DNA of 63,627 bases, filler included, from Reclinomonas americana ATCC 50394 (lineage: Eukaryota): NCBI GenBank assembly GCA_048213135.1. It is 12 parts of 9 records of this genome, joined end to end, with 100 filler letters (N's around TTAATTAATTAA, not from the genome) between each part and the next. Parts side by side here need not be neighbours in the genome. Positions count along the whole stretch, not along the records: positions 44,606 to 51,420 come from PS015959.1; positions 51,521 to 54,234 come from PS015959.1; positions 54,335 to 58,758 come from PS015960.1; positions 58,859 to 63,627 come from PS015960.1; 8 more parts are not named here. One strand, written 5' to 3'. The notes beneath the pieces are model-generated. The model did not search any database and was not told where the DNA came from. It worked only from the letters and a program-made list of their open reading frames with translations. Both the position numbers and the translations under genes were made by a program. Within the stretch, counting starts at the first letter, position 1. Each line of letters opens with the position of its first letter. Below are positions 47,352 to 63,627 of this stretch, in pieces.

Positions 47352-48407
47352 ATGTCTCTCCTCTGCAAGTGTCTGCATGGGCACACCGACTCGGTGATGT
47401 CTATCGCCCTCACTCCCGATGGACAGCATATTGTGAGCGGCGGTCTGGATACATCAGTGCGCGTGTGGTCACTGGCGAGTGGCAAGGAAGTGCGACGCAT
47501 GGAGGGCCACACTCTGCCAGTGTATGCAGTTGCCGCCACTGTCAACAGCCAGCATGTTGTGAGTGCGAGTCAAGACAGGACTGTGCGTGTGTGGTTGCTG
47601 GCCACAGGGGAACAGGTGCGCCGGCTGCAGGGACACTCGAAAGGCGTGGTCTCTGTCGCCGTCACTCCCGACGGTCAGCACGTTGTGAGTGGGGGTGAAG
47701 ACATGACAATACGCGTGTGGTCACTGGCGAGTGGTCGGGAGGTGCAGCAATTGCAGCAAGGCCACACGAGCTTTTCTATCGTGGTCACCCCCGATGGAGA
47801 GCATATTGTCAGCGAGAAGCGCGATTCAACAGTGTTGATGTGGTCGCTGGCGAGTGGAAAGGTGGTGAGACGGTTGGTTGGGCACTGGAGTATCGTGATT
47901 TGTGTGGCTGTCTCTCCTGACGGACAGCATGTTGTGGGTGGGGGTATGGACAACACTATTCGAGTGTGGTCGCTGGAAACAGACGACGAGGTGCGACGAT
48001 TGGAGGGACATGCTGATGAGGTAATGTCTGTCGCCGTCACTCCCGACTGCCGGCACCTAGTGAGTGGGAGTTTTGACGAGACTGTGCGCGTGTGGTCACT
48101 GGCGAGTGGAGAACAAGTGCACGTGCTTGAAGGGCACACTGCCGCTGTGCGGTCTGTTGCCGTCTCAGGCGACGGCCAGCACATCGTCAGTGGGAGCTTT
48201 GACAACACCATTCGAGTGTGGTCCACGCCGTGTGGCCTCGCTCGCCAGGAACTCCAATGCGCGCGGTCGGCCATGTTGGCTGTGCAGGAGATGCAACAAG
48301 AAGGAGACGGAGAAGATCCGCGCTGTCTGTCGGAGACCGTGCTGCGGTGCTTCCTGGTGGAGGAGGCGGAGGTTGTTCTCCGTCGATGTTTTTCGAGTGC
48401 ACTGTGA
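47352..48407 (+). CDS. WD40 array gene W6, head-to-head with W5
   Basis: MSLLCKCLHGHT start at 47352, seven repeats, same tail. Confidence 0.92.
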   Translation: MSLLCKCLHGHTDSVMSIALTPDGQHIVSGGLDTSVRVWSLASGKEVRRMEGHTLPVYAVAATVNSQHVVSASQDRTVRVWLLATGEQVRRLQGHSKGVVSVAVTPDGQHVVSGGEDMTIRVWSLASGREVQQLQQGHTSFSIVVTPDGEHIVSEKRDSTVLMWSLASGKVVRRLVGHWSIVICVAVSPDGQHVVGGGMDNTIRVWSLETDDEVRRLEGHADEVMSVAVTPDCRHLVSGSFDETVRVWSLASGEQVHVLEGHTAAVRSVAVSGDGQHIVSGSFDNTIRVWSTPCGLARQELQCARSAMLAVQEMQQEGDGEDPRCLSETVLRCFLVEEAEVVLRRCFSSAL

Positions 48408-48576
48408 TCCCGTCGGTGTGTTCCAGTGTGCGGTGTTTGAAACAAAGTAAAGAAGAGGATTCTCCTCAAACAGTCGATTGCGGTGTCGTGGCCCGCACTT
48501 GGCGCCACTCAACAGTCACGCACCACTGCCAGACTTCACGTGCGCGTCCCACGCATTTGCACGTCGTTCGGAGATC

Positions 48577-50697
48577 ATGGAGCCACCCTCGCCCTCTCGC
48601 CGCATCGAAGCCACCGACACTCCATGCATCGTGCAAATGCAAGCCATGATGCGCGCGGCCTCGCGTCCCGTGCTCTCTCTCGCGCAGGGCATTGTGCACT
48701 GGGAGCCTCCAGAGTCGGTCATGCGTGCAGTCGCTCGTGCCGGTCGCGATGTGCACGCCTACGGACCCGACGATGGCATGCCAGAGTTGCGCGATGCACT
48801 CTGTCAGGCGATTCACCTCCGACATCAACACCAGCAGCAGCAACAAGAGGGGGAGGAGTCATCGGAGAAATCACAGGTGCAAGTCATGATTACAGCTGGT
48901 GCCAATCAGGCGTTTTTCAATGTGGTGACTGCGTTGTGTGACACTGCTGGCGACGGTGTGTCCTCGGCAGCGGCTGTGCTCTTTGCGCCATACTATTTCA
49001 ATCATTTGATGGCGTTGCAAATGTCGTCGGTGCGAGTGCTGGTGGCCGAGTATGCGGGTGATGGCGAGTCGCGACAGCCGGATGTGGAGCAGTTGGAGCG
49101 CATGATGACGGGTAGTGAGGGAGCGCGTGTGCAAGTGGTGGTCTTGTGCAACCCAGGCAATCCCACGGGCATCACTGTGAAGAGAGTTGCGGGTGGCATC
49201 TTGCGTGTTGTTGTTGGTGTTGNNNNNNNNNNNNNNNNNNNNGTCGCCGGCCTCCAGTGCTCCCAGTGCCGCCACTTGTGAGATCTGTGTCGGGCAGATG
49301 GGAATGGTGTCTTGGACCTTGAGCAAGGCGGCGGCCAGGGAGGGTGGGTGGGCAATGTAGCCGATGCGCCAGCTGGTGCGCAGAGGAGTGAGGTGGAGGG
49401 AAGAGGAGCGAAGGTCTCTTGTTCGACTCACCCCATCATGCCGAACGCCTGGACACAAGGCAGCATACAAGGCGTCAGTCGCAAACATGCAAACCCTTCC
49501 CCTCAACCCCCTCCCTTCCCACTTCTCCCCTTCTCCCTTCCCCCTTTCCCCTCACCTTGGAAAACGAAAAGATATTCACCACATGCTCCCCGAGCACCAG
49601 GTGATGCCTCTCCTCCCCCGGATACACAAAGTGGTGATACGTGTTGTCCACAACCAACCACGCCCTGTGCTGCCTGCACAACTCGGAGATGCGTTCCAGC
49701 ACACTCTGCGCACTCTTGTCATCAANNNNNNNNNNNNNNNNNNNNNNNNNNNNNNNNNNNNNNNNNNNNNNNNNNNNNNNNNNNNNNNNNNNNNNNNNNN
49801 NNNNNNNNNNNNNNNNNNNNNNNNNNNNNNNNNNNNNNNNNNNNNNNNNNNNNNNNNNNNNNNNNNNNNNNNNNNNNNNNNNNNNNNNNNNNNNNNNNNN
49901 NNNNNNNNNNNNNNNNNNNNNNNNNNNNNNNNNNNNNNNNNNNNNNNNNNNNNNNNNNNNNNNNNNNNNNNNNNNNNNNNNNNNNNNNNNNNNNNNNNNN
50001 NNNNNNNNNNNNNNNNNNNNNNNNNNNNNNNNNNNNNNNNNNNNNNNNNNNNNNNNNNNNNNNNNNNNNNNNNNNNNNNNNNNNNNNNNNNNNNNNNNNN
50101 NNNNNNNNNNNNNNNNNNNNNNNNNNNNNNNNNNNNNNNNNNNNNNNNNNNNNNNNNNNNNNNNNNNNNNNNNNNNNNNNNNNNNNNNNNNNNNNNNNNN
50201 NNNNNNNNNNNNNNNNNNNNNNNNNNNNNNNNNNNNNNNNNNNNNNNNNNNNNNNNNNNNNNNNNNNNNNNNNNNNNNNNNNNNNNNNNNNNNNNNNNNN
50301 NNNNNNNNNNNNNNNNNNNNNNNNNNNNNNNNNNNNNAAGTGGGTGCGAGAGCGCGTGCTGAGCTTGGAGGCAAATCGCGCCGCCTTGCGCGAGGTTCTC
50401 TGCTCGCTACTCGGCGCCGATCGTGTATTCGGCGGCGAGGGCGCCATCTACATGATGGCGCACCTGCCGGAGGTGTTTGCCGAGTGCGACACGGCCGTGG
50501 TGCGCTGGTTGTGCTTCCGACACGCCGTCACCGTCATCCCCGGATCGGCATGCGGCGCCCCCGGCTTGATCCGCGTGTGCTTTGCCAACTTGGCGGGCGA
50601 TCGCTTCGCAGAGGCACTGGAGCGATTGCGCCAAGGTTTGACGGAGCTGACGTCGGGATCGATCTCGGCGAGGGATGTGAAGGAAGTGGAGCCGTGA
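48577..50697 (+). CDS. Class I/II PLP aminotransferase, ISS1/VAS1-like aromatic aminotransferase; middle contig 49243-49724 is reverse-oriented
   Basis: LSLAQGIVHWEPP; YGPDDGMPELR; VMITAGANQAF; FAPYYFNH; CNPGNPTG on +. LVVDNTY, NIFSFSK|AFGMMG|WRIGY and KVQDTIPICP on -. GEGAIY..VIPGSACGAPG..RVCF on +. Confidence 0.88.
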
Positions 50698-51241
50698 TAA
50701 ATACAACAGTGACAAGTGGTGTGTTGCTGAGCATTGGAAAGACGCAAAGTGCTGCTGGGAGGAAGGGAAGCTCTCGTCCCAATCAACGGTCCTCAATCAT
50801 TGCTCTAGATCGATGGAGGAGTCATCAGACTCCCACGGTACGTCTTTCCTCTCTCACAGCAGGCACACCGCACCTTCCACTCACCTCCCTCCACGAGACA
50901 GAGTTCGCCGACTTTGACGACACAAGCCCCACAGAACCTCAAAACGGTTTTCCATCTGCAGTCTTCCCGCGCACTCGCGCACTCTCACTCTCTTACTCTC
51001 TTGACTCAATGCACAGACATGTACGTTGAAGTGTGGAGCTCATTACTGGCCACCACGAGGCAAATGGACGATGATGAGTGGCAGTTCAACGCCACCTCCA
51101 ATCTGGGATTGCAGATCACGTGGTGACGAGAGAGACAGAGTGAATGATGGTGAAGGCGAGGGAGAAGGGGGGTGGTGAGGGGGGAGGGGGAAGGGGGAAG
51201 GGGGGAAGGGGAAGGGGGGAAGGGGAAGGGGGGAAGGGATT

Positions 51242-51305
<64 letters not shown>

Positions 51306-51639
51306 AGAAGAAGAAGAAGAAGAGAGAGAGAAGAGAGAGAGACGACGTACGACGACGACGAGACGAGAGACGAGGAGGTAGTGTGTCGTGTCGTACGGAC
51401 CGGACGGACGGACGGTAGTANNNNNNNNNNNNNNNNNNNNNNNNNNNNNNNNNNNNNNNNNNNNTTAATTAATTAANNNNNNNNNNNNNNNNNNNNNNNN
51501 NNNNNNNNNNNNNNNNNNNNGAGAGAGAGAGAGAGAGGAAGAAGAAGAAGAAGAAGAAGAAAAGCTTGGAAGAAGAAGGATAGCATGCCGACTGAGCACT
51601 AGACATGAAGACAGGCGAGTGTGTCAGCTGCTGCGCTGG

Positions 51640-52790
51640 GGTATCGAGCAAAAGACAGAGGCTGGGAGGAGAGCTCGACTGATCACATTTGCGCTGGGCG
51701 ATCGGGCAGAAGGGTGTGGAGTTGACAGTCATCGAGACAAGCGTGGACACGAGACGAGAAGAAAACTGAGGATGTCAGCTTGCGTGCAGAGCGATCGAGC
51801 AAAGACGGAGTCTGAGATGAGAGCTCGACTGATCACATGATGGTCACGTTTTGCGCTGGGCGATCGGGATGAGAAGTTGACTGCCATCGAGACACGCGTG
51901 TCGATAGAGCAGGAGACGAGAACAAAACTGAGGATGTCAGCTTGCAGAGCGATCGAGCTGAAGAGAGGAGAAACCAGACTGAATGCATGACGTGAAGACA
52001 ACAGGTGATCGAGATGGGAAGATATGCGTTCATTGTTCCGCTGTGGAAGCGAGAGAAGGGAGGGGAGGGTTGACTGCCATCGAGACAGGAGTGGCGGCGA
52101 TCAACTGCGAGAGAAGACATGTCATGCACCCTGGGTTTGGCAGTGGATAGCTGAAGAAAGCTGGGCAGCCGTGTTGGTGTGTAATCGCTGCAGGCAGAAA
52201 GAACAAGAGGATGGCCTGCATCATGGGTTGGGCGTCATCGCGGCAGGCGTACAGACGAGACGCAAAGACAGCAGAGGCGGTCATCATGCAGAGAGAGACG
52301 AGTGGGAAAACGAAGCCCCACGAGTTTGGACAGCTGGGGAACCATATCGTCAGAGCACAGTGCGTGAAGATTCAAGTGAGCATGACGAGGCAGAACCAGA
52401 GAGAACAACGACGATTACGCAGAAGTCAATTGTGGGTATCAGCGACGCACTTCCGCAATGAGGAGGAAGATTGCTAAATGTCGGCGAGCATGCTGATTGA
52501 ACTTAGAGCGACCACGAGGAGGAGTAGAGGGCAGGAGAGCAGCAACAGTCATGCAGGAATAACAGGGATACAGAGCGGTAACGAGGGAAAGTGTCCTACC
52601 CGCGAAACCTGTAGATAGAGCACGAGGCATGACCATTCGAGTGAGCGTGAGCCCAGAACGATCAAGCAAAACAAGCATAGGGGCCATCCGTGATGAGGAG
52701 GGAGAATGGCTGCAGTCGGCAACTGCGCAGATAGAGCACGAGGCATGACGATTCGAGTGAGCGTGAGCCCAGAACGATCAAGCAAAGACA
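51640..52790. repeat. Degenerate direct repeats, probably intronic
   Basis: GAGAGCTCGACTGATCACAT x2, AAAACTGAGGATGTCAGCTTGC x2, GTTGAC(T/A)G(C/T)CATCGAGACA x3, and a roughly 58-bp unit AGATAGAGCACGAGGCATGAC.ATTCGAGTGAGCGTGAGCCCAGAACGATCAAGCAAA at about 52613 and 52729. Confidence 0.7.
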
Positions 52791-52879
52791 ACTGTGAGAG
52801 CTGTCTGCGACAAGGAGGAACAAGTGAAGAGCGAAGACAACGATGCAACTCGCGAGCAAGGATGGGCAACGACGAGTCA

Positions 52880-53420
52880 AGGCTTGCAACTAGCATCCCC
52901 TTCCCTCTCCGCCCAATCAACGAGCAACTGCAAGACAGAGCACTCATAGTTTACAAGTTGGCCGACAACTGCGACGGCAGACCCCGCGGTTCTGGTGGCT
53001 GCCTCATCTCCGGTGGCGCCGGTGCCCGCAACGCCGAGCGCAACAACGGGTGCTGCAAGTGATACCGAAACTGCGACACATCCTCGTCGGCGACCTCCAC
53101 AAAGGTGAACTCGAGAGAGAGGTTCTTGGGCTGCACGGCGATCGCTTGTGAGCTCACAAGAGAGATAGACAGTGGGCAATGCAGGAAAGCAACGCACAGG
53201 CTTGTCAAAGTGACGCAGAAAGGCCACCAAGCGTCGCATGAGGTGCGGATAGGTGTGCACGCAGACCTGCGCGCGACACATGAGATCGCTTGTCACTCTC
53301 TCTCTCTCTCTTCTCTGTCTCAGACACGCGCACCACAGCAGCTGCTTGCCCAGACCCGCCACCACCGCTCTCTCCCGCCAACTCGGCGGGTGCTCGCTGA
53401 GAGAACACAGTGGAGCGGAA
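52880..53420 (-). CDS. Exons of a hypothetical protein
   Basis: Protein-like segments (HTYPHLMRRLVAFLRHFDK; AIAVQPKNLSLEFTFVEVADEDVSQFRYHLQHPLLR) separated by intron-like sequence; no recognised family. Confidence 0.3.
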
Positions 53421-53960
53421 GCGCTCTCCGTCGTCCATCTGTCCGTCAATCAAAGAGAATGAACGCAGGACAGCGATGGACTTGTCGCATGCGTGAGACG
53501 ATCAAGCTGACTGCTAGGTGGGGAGAGAAGGATACAGTGGGGAATCTGTCGTGTTCAGGGAAGCACAGCGACGAGTCGATTGCGATTGGCGAGCTAGCGC
53601 TTGAAACGTCGCGCTGCGAAGACTAGTACTTCAGAGCATGTGAAGTGCCTTTCCTCGCCTTCTGGCCTCGCAGCAGGGTTGCAGTGAGTGGCATGCAGAG
53701 TGCTGGCTGGTAACTATGCGGTTGCGTTCGCTGTGGGCGGCAAGGAACGATCACGAAGTTGACTTCGAAGCGTGCAACTGATCCTGAACTGGTTCCACTC
53801 ACAGCGTACGTTCGCTTCACCATTATCTCCTCACCCTCCTCCTTCCCCTCTCCAAAGATCAACTCGTCGCGGGCACACCTCGCATCAACGACATCCTGTC
53901 ACTGCTTGTCGGATTTCAGGGATTTCATGCACACATTCCGACAATCGCACAACGCGGAGC

Positions 53961-55279
53961 ATGACTCGCCTTCCTCACGAGCAAGCACCACAGCGGTGGC
54001 TGGAGCTCTATGATCACTACATCTCCCGTCATGTTGCGGCTTCTTCACTCACACGCACACACACTCTCTCTCTCTCACCCACTGGCGATCACATGCAGCT
54101 CAAGTACCTCGCCGTGGGCACTGGAGCTCTTGACTTGGCCCTCAGTGCGTGGAAATCGGGTCACTGGGTGCTCCTGCTCACACCACTGGCGGGACTGGTG
54201 CTGCGTGCGATTGGTGAGTGCAGAGAGAGAGAGANNNNNNNNNNNNNNNNNNNNNNNNNNNNNNNNNNNNNNNNNNNNTTAATTAATTAANNNNNNNNNN
54301 NNNNNNNNNNNNNNNNNNNNNNNNNNNNNNNNNNAGAGAGAGAGAGAGAGAGAGAGAGACGGGGGGCAGGGAGGGTGAGAAGGAGAGCAGGGAGCGAGAA
54401 GAAGAAGAAGAAGGGGCATCGTTCAGGGGCAGTCACATGTTACGAGAGAGAGAGAGAGAGAGGGAGAGACGGAAGGAGGGAGGGAGGGAGGGAGCGCAGG
54501 CACATGCCACGACAAAAGAAAGGCATCGGTAGGCAGGCATATGTCACCAAACGCTGCAGCTCCTCATTTTGCCTTCTCCCACCCTCCCTCCCCGTTGCAG
54601 CCAAGTTCCTCAAGCGACACTACAGCCAACCACGTCCCTTCCGGCCCAGTCACGTTCCCCTCGCCAGTCTCACTCGCATCCCGTTCCACGAGCCACACGT
54701 TCTCCAGTTCTACAAGCAGCGGGAGGAGGAGTTGCCGGAGGATCAGGTGCTGTTTGACAACTCGCGTGCTTCTGGTAATGGTGCATGCCTCTCACACGCG
54801 AGACGTGTGGCAGCGACGAGTGAAGCCACGAGGACCGGGCATGCCGAGCGCACACTCGTTGGCGGCCTCGTTCATGTTCACCGTCGTGCTGTGTCGCTTG
54901 TTTGCGGCTCCGGCCGAGCCTCTGGATCGGAGGTCTGTTGCATGCCGTCTCTTGTACACAAGTTGTCGCCGGTCTCACCTGGCGTGCGCAGTTGCTTGTT
55001 TGGCGTCGACATGCTGCAGTTTCCGCTCGCTCAGCGACTCCTCGGTTGGTGCCTGGCAATGGTGTGCGCTTGGCCCTCACTCTCTTTCCGCATCCGCTCG
55101 CGCAAACACACGCCGCTGCAAATGATGGTCGGGGCCGCAGTCGGAGCTCCCATTGGATTGTTGCGTGGTGTGAGAGAGTGTGTGCGTCCATTTCCCCTCC
55201 ATCTCAATCATACGCGCGTGTCTGCAGGCTGTGGTTCCTCGTCATGCGCTACATATCGTCGACCGTGCGGTCTTTCTGA
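53961..55279 (+). CDS. PAP2-superfamily membrane lipid/dolichyl pyrophosphate phosphatase
   Basis: Three PAP2 motifs: KRHYSQPRP (KxxxxxxRP), GMPSAH and RIRSRKHTPLQ, plus hydrophobic helices. Confidence 0.8.
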
Positions 55280-55371
55280 TTACACTAGTACAAAAGTAGA
55301 TGAAAGGGAATGGCGGGTGGGCGCGCGCGAACACTCTGCTTGTCGTCGTCGCCGTGGTAGCAGCAGCACAT

Positions 55372-56317
55372 TCATCGCGCTGCTACACGACCTCCAGTGA
55401 CAGCGTTGATTGCGGCCTCCAACACAATGCGCCAGCCTCGCATTTCCTGTGAAATGGGGTGAGTAACATGCCAAGGGCGATTCATCGTATCTCCTCACCT
55501 CCGGCATCTCAAAAACCAAGTAATAATTGCGTCCCTTCACCGGAATCACTAGACACTCGGCTTGCGGCGGGGCCGACGAGCTGTCGTCGACCTCGCTGAC
55601 CGACTCCAGATACGGCACGTTCACGGCATCCATCAAATGAATGGTGCCTTTCAAACTGCGCCCCTTGTCGTCCACAAAGTAATGCAGATCCATGTCGCCT
55701 GCGGAGAAGCTCAGATGGCGCACAACAGAGATGTGCAGAAGGGAACACGCGACTGACCCGTGAGAATGAAGAATCGGCGACGCCATGTTTTGAAGACAGC
55801 ACCGCTGCAGAGACGACGATGCAAAAGCTTCAGCGTGCGAACGCTGAGCGAGGAGAGGGACAGAGTGTGAACCGTTTCGTCGCCCATCCGTCGTAGAGCA
55901 CCAGCGATCTCCTCAAATCCACAGCCATTTCCGTGAGCTCGTCCCTATGCGTCTCAGCGTGAGTACACAACGCACCAGAGGCAATACGCACAGAAGGAAA
56001 CGCAACAATGACACGCCGAGGAAGGAAAACACCTGCAACACAGTCGCGTGAGAAGCCAAAACCTCTTCCATCCAACACCAACCATTCCTCACCTCGCCCG
56101 TCGACATGTCCAGCGACAGCGGCCTCCGATGCCCCGGCCTCCCCGCTGTCGCCTGCTTCTTCCACCACGCGCGCACACTCACCGACGACGGTGATGAGGC
56201 GCCCGCCGCAGCACTACTGACGGCAGCAGGCGCGGCTGCCGATGACGAGCCGCCTTGCCAGGCAGCGGATTCACGCTCGGCGAGCTTTTCCCGGGCGGCC
56301 GCTCTGCGAGTGGAGGG
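55372..56317 (-). CDS. 3' exons encoding a PH domain (separate gene or the C-terminus of the CHD gene)
   Basis: Spliced: LYDGWATKR|GAVFKTWRRRFFILTG|DMDLHYFVDDKGRSLKGTIHL..RNYYLVFEMPE|EMRGWRIVLEAAI*, a canonical PH signature. Confidence 0.82.
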
Positions 56318-57849
56318 CTGTGAGGGAAAGGCGGGCAAGGAAGAGGAGTGAAGGAGAGAGGAGCATGAGGAGGAGGAGGACGAGGAGGAGGATAGTCGCG
56401 AGAAAGAAAGGGCCGTGTGAGTAGCCAAGAGAAAGACGAGGGGAGATGCGGCGAGAGAAGAAGATGAAGGAGGAGGAGGAGAAGAACCGTGAGATAGAAA
56501 GAGACATGTGAGTGTAGCCAAGAGAACGACGACGGGACATGAAACGACAAAAAAAAAAGACGGGGAAGGAGAAGAGCAAGACGAATAACAAGAAGATGAA
56601 GATGAAGAAGAAAGGATGAGGAGGAGATGAAGAAGGGGGCATTTGTGCATAAATGAGAAGCAGAAGAACAAGAAGGAGAGAGGAAGAGGAGAACGACAAA
56701 GAGGAAGAAGAACAAGATGAAGAAGACGAGGAGAGATGGACAAGAAGAAGAAGAGGGCGATTGTGCAGAAAAGAGCAGCAGAAGAACCAGGAGAGACGAA
56801 GCCGACAAAGAGCAAAAGGAACGAGAACAAGAAGAAGGAGAGAGGAAGAGGAGGCGAATGAGGAGGATGAGAACGACGGAAGAAATGAAGAAGAGAAGAA
56901 GCATGTAGAGGAAGAGGGGGAGGAGGAGGATGAAGAAGAATAAAAAGAAGCACAGAATGAGAGATGAAGAAGAAGAAGAAGAACAAGAAGAAGAACAAGA
57001 AGAAGAACAAGAAGAAANNNNNNNNNNNNNNNNNNNNNNNNNNNNNNNNNNNNNNNNNNNNNNNNNNNNNNNNNNNNNNNNNNNNNNNNNNNNNNNNNNN
57101 NNNNNNNNNNNNNNNNNNNNNNNNNNNNNNNNNNNNNNNNNNNNNNNNNNNNNNNNNNNNNNNNNNNNNNNNNNNNNNNNNNNNNNNNNNNNNNNNNNNN
57201 NNNNNNNNNNNNNNNNNNNNNNNNNNNNNNNNNNNNNNNNNNNNNNNNNNNNNNNNNNNNNNNNNNNNNNNNNNNNNNNNNNNNNNNNNNNNNNNNNNNN
57301 NNNNNNNNNNNNNNNNNNNNNNNNNNNNNNNNNNNNNNNNNNNNNNNNNNNNNNNNNNNNNNNNNNNNNNNNNNNNNNNNNNNNNNNNNNNNNNNNNNNN
57401 NNNNNNNNNNNNNNNNNNNNNNNNNNNNNNNNNNNNNNNNNNNNNNNNNNNNNNNNNNNNNNNNNNNNNNNNNNNNNNNNNNNNNNNNNNNNNNNNNNNN
57501 NNNNNNNNNNNNNNNNNNNNNNNNNNNNNNNNNNNNNNNNNNNNNNNNNNNNNNNNNNNNNNNNNNNNNNNNNNNNNNNNNNNNNNNNNNNNNNNNNNNN
57601 NNNNNNNNNNNNNNNNNNNNNNNNNNNNNNNNNNNNNNNNNNNNNNNNNNNNNNNNNNNNNNNNNNNNNNNNNNNNNNNNNNNNNNNNNNNNNNNNNNNN
57701 NNNNNNNNNNNNNNNNNNNNNNNNNNNNNNNNNNNNNNNNNNNNNNNNNNNNNNNNNNNNNNNNNNNNNNNNNNNNNNNNNNNNNNNNNNNNNNNNNNNN
57801 NNNNNNNNNNNNNNNNNNNNNNGCATGGGATTGAGTGAGAGGGAGCAAC

Positions 57850-63560
<5,711 letters not shown>

Positions 63561-63627
63561 CACCTCCTCTAACCCTCTCCCCCTTCCTCCTTTCCCCAAT
63601 GCCCCTTCTCCTTTCTCTCCCTTTTCC

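Noticed and set aside
45094..48508. Long antisense ORFs over the WD40 and ANK genes
   Set aside because: Shadow frames of GC-rich repetitive coding sequence with no independent protein signature.
49243..49724. Middle exons of the aminotransferase on the opposite strand (scrambled gene or trans-splicing?)
   Set aside because: The segment is bounded by N gaps on both sides; a mis-oriented contig is far more likely.
50812..51125. Possible exons of another + strand gene (..DMYVEVWSSLLATTRQMDDDEWQFNATSNLGLQITW)
   Set aside because: Too short, no consistent splice model or recognisable motif before the gap.

Overview
Gappy scaffold from an intron-rich, GC-rich eukaryote, probably a protist. It uses the standard code, mostly GT-AG introns of about 50-100 nt, and some long introns that are pyrimidine-rich on the sense strand. 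N-runs and 100-nt N/TTAATTAATTAA/N linkers are assembly gaps, and several genes read across them. Housekeeping genes: NEK kinase (first exon), RBM34/Nop12, IGHMBP2/Hcs1 helicase, aralar/citrin-type mitochondrial carrier, MDR oxidoreductase, two tandem RNase H1 genes, ISS1-like aminotransferase, PAP2 phosphatase, PH-domain exons and a CHD7-like remodeler. Three immune-receptor-like modules are interleaved with them: (1) four tandem ankyrin-coiled-coil-RLK/Pelle(IRAK)-type kinase genes, with heptad-sized indels, mosaic similarity, one HRD>HRG pseudokinase and one kinase-less copy; (2) a NACHT-pentapeptide-WD40 NLR-like gene; (3) six intronless 7x42-aa WD40 genes with HET-E-like hypervariable positions and a conserved F-box-like C-terminal tail. 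A cluster of small orphan acidic genes split between two reading frames is also present. All family assignments come from motif recognition by eye; no database searches were run.
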